This document shows, piece after piece, positions 10,006 to 17,570 of a stretch of 44,725 nt of DNA. Below the pieces are notes generated by a model. It searched no databases. It was not told where the DNA came from and was given only the letters and a program-made list of their open reading frames with translations. The first letter of the stretch is position 1. Every line of letters begins with the position of its first letter. The stretch spans positions 1-44,725 of the IMG/VR virus record IMGVR_UViG_3300036987_000532. The stretch is one strand, 5' to 3'. Origin of the DNA: a virus (Duplodnaviria; Caudoviricetes). The position numbers and the translations under genes were made by a program.

Positions 10006-10974
10006 TTACTCCCACTTGATGTTGTTTTTTCTTAGGAACGTCTCCAAATCACTCATGATATTTCCGACAATCTTGTCATTCTTAATACCTGTTACCTTAG
10101 TAATATCAGCCTCAGTCAATATTTCACCCTTTTCAAGCATATAAGCAACTGCTTGTGCAACCTCTTGCTTCTTACCTCTTGTAAGGAAGTTATCAACCTT
10201 GTATCCTTCGCCAACGCCACTGAAATCGAGATAATACGTCTTACCATCAATCTCATAAGCATACTTACTTGATTTCTTTGTATAATCACGTTCGTAATCA
10301 TCTGTTCTCTCATTTGTGAGTGATGGCTTCGATCCATACTGTTGACCAGATAAAATAGCATCAACATACAACGACAGGTTTTGCATATCTTCAGGATTCA
10401 AATGTGCACCATACTTTTGTGATGCGTAATTCATCAATGCTGTATAGGCTTGATTCTTGTCGATAGCCTTGTTTGAACCGTAATTCGATAAGATGGCCAT
10501 ATACTCATTGTATATCGCTTCCTGTGCGATTCCATAGCGTTCCTTTGAGGTAACTGCTTGCTGTTGCTTGTTGTAGAGATCCATATCACGTTGATAGTTT
10601 TGATCACCAACGGATTGTTCGTATGCTCTTTCGTCTTTGATTTGGTTTTGCTTCATGATTGAGTTGGTATATGCTGAAAAAGCATCATTCTTTTGAACGT
10701 TTGCGTTTTGCTGAATACCACCTAAATTGTTTGCATATTGATTTGCAATAGCCACTTGCCCGGTTGCTCCAAGACCGTTTTGACCGTAAGCACTATTCAT
10801 CGTGCCTAAGTACTTCTTAAGTTTTTCATTCAAGATGAATGCGTTTTGTGCTTCAGCATTCATTTGCTGATCGATTTGTTGTGTTTGTGCCTGATAAGCA
10901 GCCTTTAGTGGATCCTTCTGTGCAATCTTTTCATAATCTTCAAACACTGACTTCGGTTTTTGTGGTTGGTTCAT
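10006..10974 (-). CDS. Q/N-rich helical protein, probable ejection (internal virion) protein
   Basis: 322 aa, Gln/Asn/Ala/Tyr-rich helical N-terminal half, RBS GGGAG, directly upstream of the giant gene as podophage ejection genes usually are. Confidence 0.6.
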   Translation of the reverse strand: MNQPQKPKSVFEDYEKIAQKDPLKAAYQAQTQQIDQQMNAEAQNAFILNEKLKKYLGTMNSAYGQNGLGATGQVAIANQYANNLGGIQQNANVQKNDAFSAYTNSIMKQNQIKDERAYEQSVGDQNYQRDMDLYNKQQQAVTSKERYGIAQEAIYNEYMAILSNYGSNKAIDKNQAYTALMNYASQKYGAHLNPEDMQNLSLYVDAILSGQQYGSKPSLTNERTDDYERDYTKKSSKYAYEIDGKTYYLDFSGVGEGYKVDNFLTRGKKQEVAQAVAYMLEKGEILTEADITKVTGIKNDKIVGNIMSDLETFLRKNNIKWE

Positions 10975-11896
10975 GTGATACGCTCCCTTCTGTTGATTTG
11001 TTTGGCAACTCAGTTTTTTCTACTGGTTTACCGATATCAAGAGGTTTCTTCTTTGGTATGTTCGAGTACTGATAATAAAACTTCTCAAGCTTGTTGATTT
11101 GTCTTACCATGCGATTCCTAATAGCACCGATAACATTCAAGTATGATAGTAACAATTGAATGATTGCGATGATCAGGATAAATGATATCTGAATTGCCTT
11201 GTAGATTAAATCTTCCTTTTTGAAGTCTCGAATCAACTCATAACCATAGTAGGAAAATAGAATCGCTGTTGCTGCACCAAGTAATATGCCCATCAGTGAA
11301 CGGCTCAATAGATACTGTGTCTCAGTGGTTCCTAAGTAGTTAGGATCGCTAGGATGGCTGTCAGATGCTGTTAAATCATTAAACTGAAGCATTGTAACCC
11401 TAGCATTGACGGCATTGTTAAGAGCAACGTTCTTGTCTTTGATTCTCTTATTGATGAGTTTGTTTTTCTTGTCTGATACTACATAAAATGAGTCCTTAAA
11501 TCGTCCGTCTTCATCAAAATGGTCTTCATATTTCATACCCTTTGTCGATAGAATTTGAATGCGAACTTGCTTTAATGCACTCCTGTTTTCCTCGATGACG
11601 AACTCTTCACCGTACTCGATGATCGGTGCACATTTGACTACTGTATCCCCAAACAACGACAATGTATCAGTGTATGCTTGAGATTTCTTACCAAGTAGAA
11701 TACCTTGAATACGCAGTAGCAACGTCATGGCTTGCGATAGAGCGAAGATCAGTGCTGCTTCACCTATGATTTCCATGACAGATTTGCCTGTCTCTTTGAG
11801 GTTAATCAATCCCCAAGCAAGATAAGCACCTGCTAGCAAGATTGAACCTATAAAACCTATCCAATCCATCAATCGTTCGATGAATGTTTTTTTCAT
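10940..11896 (-). CDS. Four-TM membrane protein (2 TM, soluble loop, 2 TM), function unknown
   Basis: Hydrophobic segments WIGFIGSILLAGAYLAWGLI, AALIFALSQAMTLLL, LMGILLGAATAILFSYYG and IQISFILIIAIIQLLLSYL. Confidence 0.7.
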   Translation of the reverse strand: MKKTFIERLMDWIGFIGSILLAGAYLAWGLINLKETGKSVMEIIGEAALIFALSQAMTLLLRIQGILLGKKSQAYTDTLSLFGDTVVKCAPIIEYGEEFVIEENRSALKQVRIQILSTKGMKYEDHFDEDGRFKDSFYVVSDKKNKLINKRIKDKNVALNNAVNARVTMLQFNDLTASDSHPSDPNYLGTTETQYLLSRSLMGILLGAATAILFSYYGYELIRDFKKEDLIYKAIQISFILIIAIIQLLLSYLNVIGAIRNRMVRQINKLEKFYYQYSNIPKKKPLDIGKPVEKTELPNKSTEGSVSHEPTTKTEVSV

Positions 11897-11899
11897 AGA

Positions 11900-12310
11900 T
11901 TAAACCCTCCCTTGTACTTTGGTTGCGATTGCAATAGCTTGAGCAATTTGTTGTGTCTGTTCTTCAGCATTGAGTGCTTTTTCAATCTTCTTGATTTGTG
12001 GTTGAATGAACACTTCATCACCCACTTCACCGATGACGGCCATGAATAGAAGATTCACAAGATCAGTCAGTATTGCTTGCATCGTCCAGGCAACAACCAA
12101 AGCCACTACCCATCCCATCAAGCCCTTTGGAAGATTCGATTTTTTGATGGCTTTCATAAGAAATATGAAACCAACGATTGCACCACCGATCCCAATCTGT
12201 ATGGTATCCATCGTGGTTGGTGCATATCTCTCCCAGTTAATTCCAGTATAAACTCCCAAAGGCAAAATTGTAATTATGAAACTCGATAATCCAAAAAGTT
12301 TAAGTTTCAT
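11900..12310 (-). CDS. Small multi-TM membrane protein, holin-like candidate
   Basis: Start re-called to MKLKLF (ATG at 12310, overlapping the end of the upstream gene). Three to four hydrophobic segments and a charged helical C-terminus. Confidence 0.6.
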   Translation of the reverse strand: MKLKLFGLSSFIITILPLGVYTGINWERYAPTTMDTIQIGIGGAIVGFIFLMKAIKKSNLPKGLMGWVVALVVAWTMQAILTDLVNLLFMAVIGEVGDEVFIQPQIKKIEKALNAEEQTQQIAQAIAIATKVQGRV

Positions 12311-12779
12311 CCTTAACACCGACCTTTGCAATCAGTTTTGCCACTCCATTCTTGACCAGTTCAGGATCATTTAGATAGGCAATTTTCTGTCGCTCATTCA
12401 TGATGTCGATAGTTGTTTTGATTTCCTTGACTTCGGCTAGTTCTTTCCGGATAGCAGCAATTTCCCTAGTCAGTTCTTTGACTTCTTTTCTCGTCTCGAT
12501 ACTCTCTTTTGTAACGGTAGAGACGTTGCTAGAAGCCTTGACAAAAATGTCCTTACCTTCAACGGCCATGTTCGTGAAGATACCTTCCAATGTTCTTGAT
12601 TTCATCAGCGATGTCACAAGCCCGGTGATAACACCCATGATGATTGGAATCGCTTTGTCGATGATATCTTGCACCAACACTGGATCGATATCCTCAGAGC
12701 CTTGAACGAGTGTTGTAACGAAACTGGATGTCGCTACAAGAGCAATCAATCCTAAAATCAGTAATATTTTCTTTGCCAT
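12300..12779 (-). CDS. Membrane-anchored coiled-coil protein
   Basis: N-terminal hydrophobic helix, second TM (IPIIMGVITGLVTSLM), heptad-rich C-terminal half, RBS AGGAG. Confidence 0.7.
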   Translation of the reverse strand: MAKKILLILGLIALVATSSFVTTLVQGSEDIDPVLVQDIIDKAIPIIMGVITGLVTSLMKSRTLEGIFTNMAVEGKDIFVKASSNVSTVTKESIETRKEVKELTREIAAIRKELAEVKEIKTTIDIMNERQKIAYLNDPELVKNGVAKLIAKVGVKDET

Positions 12780-12794
12780 AGTCTTTCTCCTTTT

Positions 12795-13040
12795 CTAATC
12801 GGCTCGATAGTAATAATCTTGACATAATGCGAATCCATCATCATACGCTCTGACACGCATGATATACCCTGATGCGTAGTTTGCAGGAGGATAGTTAGTA
12901 GTGAGCCACGTTCTCACTGTTGCTTCGGAAGGGCATCCTGATGAGTGGTAATAGTTTTGTGAACCGTTTTGAGTGCCTGAACCGATGTTAGTCCAGACAC
13001 TCGGTGCGGTTAATTGTGATGCAATGATTCCTACGATCAT
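12795..13040 (-). CDS. Small fibre-tip / receptor-binding accessory protein
   Basis: Start re-called to MIVGIIAS (ATGA overlap with the upstream stop at 13037). 81 aa, aromatic-rich, two Cys. Confidence 0.55.
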   Translation of the reverse strand: MIVGIIASQLTAPSVWTNIGSGTQNGSQNYYHSSGCPSEATVRTWLTTNYPPANYASGYIMRVRAYDDGFALCQDYYYRAD

Positions 13041-13591
13041 GTCTTCAACGCTCCAATCAATACCCAAACGTTGGCAGCAACGCACTTCAAAGTGACTGCT
13101 TGATACTGTGCGTTGATTCTCTTCTTACCTGCGTTTTCGGTTGCTGATCCTTCACTGAATAAGGATACGCTTGTTGCTCTTGCTATTGTGACTTCACCTG
13201 CACCATAACGCACAAGGTGAATCTCATCGCCAACATTGAACGTTGATAACGGTATTGTAACTGTCACGGCTGATGCACTGGTGACTCTCACAAACTTGTT
13301 TCGATGTGATGTCGTAAGGTTGCCTGTTGCCGTAATATCTGATGCCATCGCATGAGGTGTGATGTAATCGATAGCTTGTTTGACACGTTGAGGTGTCATG
13401 TATTTATCCGATGCTGTTCCTGCTTCGGCCTCTGCTTGAGATGCTACACTGTAGTTTTCTACTGATCCGAGTGCAACATCGCCTTTCACAAGTGCTAACG
13501 ATGTCTTGAAACCACTGTATGTCGTTATGGTGATGTAACCAAGACCATCAGTGACAACTGGTCTATTTGGTGTGATCAATGTATCTGGCAT
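13037..13591 (-). CDS. Tail fibre C-terminal portion, in frame with the upstream 670-aa fibre ORF
   Basis: Begins with a copy of the NRPVVTDGLGY repeat, contains ASQAEAEAGT..KYMTP, and ends in a beta domain (VTVTIP...VWVLIGAL). Separated from the upstream ORF only by TAA plus 3 codons, with no strong RBS. Confidence 0.7.
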   Translation of the reverse strand: MPDTLITPNRPVVTDGLGYITITTYSGFKTSLALVKGDVALGSVENYSVASQAEAEAGTASDKYMTPQRVKQAIDYITPHAMASDITATGNLTTSHRNKFVRVTSASAVTVTIPLSTFNVGDEIHLVRYGAGEVTIARATSVSLFSEGSATENAGKKRINAQYQAVTLKCVAANVWVLIGALKT

Positions 13592-13600
13592 TGCACCGAC

Positions 13601-15613
13601 TTAGGATGCTGTATAAGATGGTTTTGATGCAGCCTTTGCCCACGCATATACGTCTGAAGCAGGTCTTGAGCCAGCAGGTGATAATGCTAATACTTCGGAG
13701 TCAAAGTTCGTGATTTGTGCCTTGCCATGACTGTGTGATGTGATTGCACCAGTTAAGACTGCTTCCACCATCGCTTTAGTGATTGCTGATATGAAACCAC
13801 TTGGATTCGTTGCGTTGTATGGTGTGAAGCCTAAAGCGTTTTGCTTACCGTTCCATGTTGATTTTTCGGTGTCAGTAACACTTCTATGCGATGCAGTCCA
13901 TACGATATTCGCAGGATTTGTCGCATCAACATCTGGAACAGCACTTAAACCAACATCACCTTTTGCAAGTGATAGATTTGCTTTGAAGTTTGCGTATGTG
14001 TCAATCGTCACATAGCCTAAACCATCGGTCACTACTGGCCTATTTCCACTCACAAATGTCGCAGGTGCAGCACCCACTTCACTGTATGTGTATGATGGCT
14101 TATTGGTTGCTTTAGCCCATGCAGGAACTGTTGGATCGGTTTCAGTGAATGAACCTAACTTTGCGTTCCATGCAGTCTTTTCGGCATCGGTCACAAGCCG
14201 ATTTGATGAGTCTTGAGTTAATTCAGATAATGGAGGTTTGTTGCCAGTTGAATAGAGTTCAACCCATGCTGACCATACTCCACTAATTCTCATTCTTGTA
14301 TATGTCTTATTCCCAGTGTTGCCTGATCCAAAAGACATAGCAATTTGTGATACCCAGTTACTGTCTGCACGATACCTTGATACAATGTAGAAATACCATC
14401 CTGCTGTTGGTGCATTGGTTAGACCTGTTCCTTGATAGAATCCTGTTGTCACCAGTGCGTTCATGTCGCCTGTATAACTTTCTACAAGTCCATCTTTTGC
14501 CCATGTTTTGACATCGTTTGATGCTCTTGCATCAGATAATCTACTGTCGGTTGTCTTAACTAATACCGTTCCTGCTGCCTTAACATCGGCTGGAAACTCT
14601 GCGTTTTGGTTTTCATCCCAACCATAGAGATGATCATGATACATCAACTTATTTGGCATAGTCCAAACATTTGCACCTGTAAGTTTCAAATGAAATATCG
14701 CTTGACTGCTTGTTGTGTATGTTGCTTGCATCTTGGCCTGGTCGAAGTCCATTGCTGTTGTGCCTGTTCTAAATGTGAATCGCCAGTTCCATCCATTGCC
14801 TGTTTGAGTTGTGCCACCACCGAATGTTTGACCATCTAATGTGAAATAGTTTCCACCTGACCAACCACTCAACCACGCTTCACGAACATTCGTCCATGTG
14901 TTAGGTGCAGCACCTGTTGCACGTTCAACTCGCATCCAAATATTATCGTTGGTTGCGTTTACCCATATCCAACCTTCATCAAGTGTGCAATATCTTTCAT
15001 TGGATGTGACATATGTCGAGTTCCAATAATTGTATCGTGCCGTTTCTACACCACCCGCACCTGTTTGTGTATATTTCATTGCAGTAATGGTTACACGGAT
15101 CATAGCATTGACGTTCTTAACACCACCGATTAAAGGTAATGATATCGTTGGTCTTTGGCCTGTGAATAGTTGTCTTTTTTGGCTATCAGTCGCACCTTTG
15201 CTCACCCATGTTGTGCCACCATCGGTGCTTTCTTCGATGATGATTTGATCAGCAGGGAGGAACGCTGTTCTATCTGGTCTTAACGTATCAAACAATGCTT
15301 TCATTACTCTTGGTGTTCCACCACGAATAAATGATGGTGCATACAAACGAGCATTCAAATCAATAGATGGTATTCTCGCTTCGCCAAATACACCTGAATT
15401 GATTTTGCTTGCATCATGAGCAGGTATTCGGTCAACATGAAGCGTTCCTGCGTTGATATCACTTGCATTGTGCTGATGAGTTGCAGGCGGAAATGTAGAT
15501 GGTTTGCCGTCTATGATGTCATAATGAGAACGGATATAGACAGTCCTATCTTTGTTTTCAATATCTGTTCCGAACCCACTTGAGTTGACTCTTAATTCTA
15601 CGTTATACGCCAT
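13601..15613 (-). CDS. Tail fibre protein with a pyocin-knob-like domain, probably truncated by an in-frame TAA
   Basis: Fibre motifs KPSTFPPATHQH, VTD.EK..WN.K (x2) and V.[AT]WAK (x3); knob-like DMNALVTTGFY...WSAWVELY; RBS AAGGAG. Confidence 0.8.
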   Translation of the reverse strand: MAYNVELRVNSSGFGTDIENKDRTVYIRSHYDIIDGKPSTFPPATHQHNASDINAGTLHVDRIPAHDASKINSGVFGEARIPSIDLNARLYAPSFIRGGTPRVMKALFDTLRPDRTAFLPADQIIIEESTDGGTTWVSKGATDSQKRQLFTGQRPTISLPLIGGVKNVNAMIRVTITAMKYTQTGAGGVETARYNYWNSTYVTSNERYCTLDEGWIWVNATNDNIWMRVERATGAAPNTWTNVREAWLSGWSGGNYFTLDGQTFGGGTTQTGNGWNWRFTFRTGTTAMDFDQAKMQATYTTSSQAIFHLKLTGANVWTMPNKLMYHDHLYGWDENQNAEFPADVKAAGTVLVKTTDSRLSDARASNDVKTWAKDGLVESYTGDMNALVTTGFYQGTGLTNAPTAGWYFYIVSRYRADSNWVSQIAMSFGSGNTGNKTYTRMRISGVWSAWVELYSTGNKPPLSELTQDSSNRLVTDAEKTAWNAKLGSFTETDPTVPAWAKATNKPSYTYSEVGAAPATFVSGNRPVVTDGLGYVTIDTYANFKANLSLAKGDVGLSAVPDVDATNPANIVWTASHRSVTDTEKSTWNGKQNALGFTPYNATNPSGFISAITKAMVEAVLTGAITSHSHGKAQITNFDSEVLALSPAGSRPASDVYAWAKAASKPSYTAS

Positions 15614-15622
15614 ATGAACTCC

Positions 15623-16822
15623 TTATACTTGAACGAAAGCATATGCTCCTGTTGGATGATTAGCAGCGTTCGCATTGGTTAGATTTGTATAGATTCTTAA
15701 TCCCAAAAGATTCTTTGTCTGATCCCATGTCCGAAGTGGTGTCATAATCTTCGTGTTATCAGTGCCTGCTTTGGCCTCTGCTTCGGATGCGATTTGACCA
15801 GTTTGTGGTGTCAGTGTCAAGTTACCACTTGCATCGACTGATAGACCGCCAGTTGTAGGAACGATGATACCACCCAATAATGATGATGTGGCCTTTCTTA
15901 ATGTAAGATTGGCACTTGCATCCACTTCCAAGCCTGTTGATACGATAACACCACCCAATAGCGATGTCGTTGCTTTGCGTAGTGTGACAACCCCTGAACT
16001 GATTTCCAAGCCTGTGCTGAAGGATGCCTTACCTTTTAATGACGATGTTGCATCATCGATGGTAAGATTGCCGTTGCCATCCAATCCAAACTCGGTTGCA
16101 AGTGATTTGATGTTGACAAGGTTATGAAGTTTGAAAATGTTTGCTGCCGACATGATACCTTTGACTGATGCACCTTCCGATGCACCTGCGATTGCTTCTG
16201 GATATGTTGAGTTTGTGACTGACCAATTTGTGAACTCAATCGGATCGCCACCCAAGTTTGATATCCATACGCCACCACCAGTTGTGCAGGCTGATTCGGT
16301 TTCATGATACACAACAACCGTTGGAGGCCAAGTAGAATAATCAAATGAGTTAGTCGAACACATACCTGCAACGCTATCATCAAATAATGAATAATTGATG
16401 AACGTAAGTCTATCGCCACGTTCTAACGTCAGTGATACTTGGTTTGCGACACCATCGTCACCAATCAGTGCCATCCCTTTGAAATAATCAGTGTTGCTGA
16501 TGACTACTGAATCGGCATTGACTTCGACATATGATCCATTCATCAAGGCAGCAGCAGCAGCATTTGTAAGTGGTGCAACCAAGCCGAGTGCTGTCTTGAT
16601 TTGCAAAAATACTTCTTTGAATGTCTTGTTGGTTGTGATTGTGCCACCGTTTCTTGCACCATTGAACAACCAATCAGGAACGATGTCTGACTTCAGTTTG
16701 CCACCTGAATCAAGCAACCCATCAACCAAACTCTTGTGTGTTGCAACGTTGACTTTTTGACCATCGCCAGAAAACGCTGATGCACCACCTGCTGATACTC
16801 TTAATTCGACATTGTATGCCAT
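15623..16822 (-). CDS. Tail fibre/appendage protein with ATxSLLGG repeats
   Basis: Tandem ~28-aa repeats (LT.RKAT.SLLGG.IV..GL.VD.S) and ASEAEAKAGTDNTKIMTP. Shares the N-terminus MAYNVELRV with the next gene. Confidence 0.75.
   Translation of the reverse strand: MAYNVELRVSAGGASAFSGDGQKVNVATHKSLVDGLLDSGGKLKSDIVPDWLFNGARNGGTITTNKTFKEVFLQIKTALGLVAPLTNAAAAALMNGSYVEVNADSVVISNTDYFKGMALIGDDGVANQVSLTLERGDRLTFINYSLFDDSVAGMCSTNSFDYSTWPPTVVVYHETESACTTGGGVWISNLGGDPIEFTNWSVTNSTYPEAIAGASEGASVKGIMSAANIFKLHNLVNIKSLATEFGLDGNGNLTIDDATSSLKGKASFSTGLEISSGVVTLRKATTSLLGGVIVSTGLEVDASANLTLRKATSSLLGGIIVPTTGGLSVDASGNLTLTPQTGQIASEAEAKAGTDNTKIMTPLRTWDQTKNLLGLRIYTNLTNANAANHPTGAYAFVQV
15825..16070 (-). repeat. Three imperfect ~84-bp coding repeats in the fibre gene
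   Basis: Near-identical DNA GATACCACCCAATAATGATGA / AACACCACCCAATAGCGATG and TTCCAAGCCTGT present twice. Boundaries approximate. Confidence 0.75.
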
Positions 16823-17247
16823 TATTCCTTCACCTCTTTAACTATGTATTCGTTGAGATAGAGTGCATTGTCTAACACGCCTTGCAATGCCTTGAGCAAC
16901 CCACCATGAACATTGATCACCTTTTCAAGTTCTTTGGCTCTTCGTGTGATGAGTTCTGTGAAATACTTTTCTCTTTCTTCAACACTACCTACAATCTTTT
17001 TGGCTTCTTCAAGTTCTGTCTTGAGTGGTGTGTATTCTTTTTCAAGTTCACGTCTCACTTCAAGCTTGATTTGTTCTCTTGATTGATTGCCTGAACTCTT
17101 GATTTGCTGAATCTCTTTTGCATGAGTTTCCTTGAGGTCGTTGATTTCTTTGTCTTTTGCTTCAACCGTTGAACTCATATGCTCGTAATACTTGATGATT
17201 TCAGATTTCGTCATCTTTGATACTTTTTCAAATTCTAATTCATTCAT
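16822..17247 (-). CDS. Coiled-coil protein of the tail region (possible fibre chaperone)
   Basis: 141 aa, E/K-rich heptads, RBS AGGGAG. Confidence 0.6.
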   Translation of the reverse strand: MNELEFEKVSKMTKSEIIKYYEHMSSTVEAKDKEINDLKETHAKEIQQIKSSGNQSREQIKLEVRRELEKEYTPLKTELEEAKKIVGSVEEREKYFTELITRRAKELEKVINVHGGLLKALQGVLDNALYLNEYIVKEVKE

Positions 17248-17258
17248 ATTATCGCTCC

Positions 17259-17570
17259 CTATGTTATTTTTATCATTACAGCTTGACCTGGTGGCAAGTT
17301 CGCAGCATTTGCATCAGCAACTGAGTCATAGATAATCAAACTCCTTACCGATATCGATAGTCCTATATCAACAATGGCTTGATTGACTTCATCAACTATG
17401 CGATTGACCTCAGCCACAATTGAGTTATCAGGATCCAGTAAAGCAGCATACATTCTTCTCTTGATTTGGTCAGGTGAATACCCTTGCTTCGATGGATCAT
17501 CCGGTAGAGTTTTGACTGTCTTTTTCTCTATTTGATTGACCTTATCTTGAGATATTTTTCTAACCGACAT
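17259..17570 (-). CDS. Small tail-associated protein
   Basis: 103 aa, translationally coupled to the nozzle gene. C-terminus (IYDSVADANAANLPPG) resembles that of the 399-aa fibre. Confidence 0.6.
   Translation of the reverse strand: MSVRKISQDKVNQIEKKTVKTLPDDPSKQGYSPDQIKRRMYAALLDPDNSIVAEVNRIVDEVNQAIVDIGLSISVRSLIIYDSVADANAANLPPGQAVMIKIT

Noticed and set aside
13601-13603. Genome-wide stop-codon reassignment
   Set aside because: TAA, TAG and TGA all end genes cleanly elsewhere, often with coupled starts. This interruption is the only one I found.
12795-16822. Diversity-generating retroelement or invertible fibre cassette
   Set aside because: No reverse transcriptase, no adenine-specific TR/VR pair and no invertase or inverted fibre copies. 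The repeats are diverged coding repeats.
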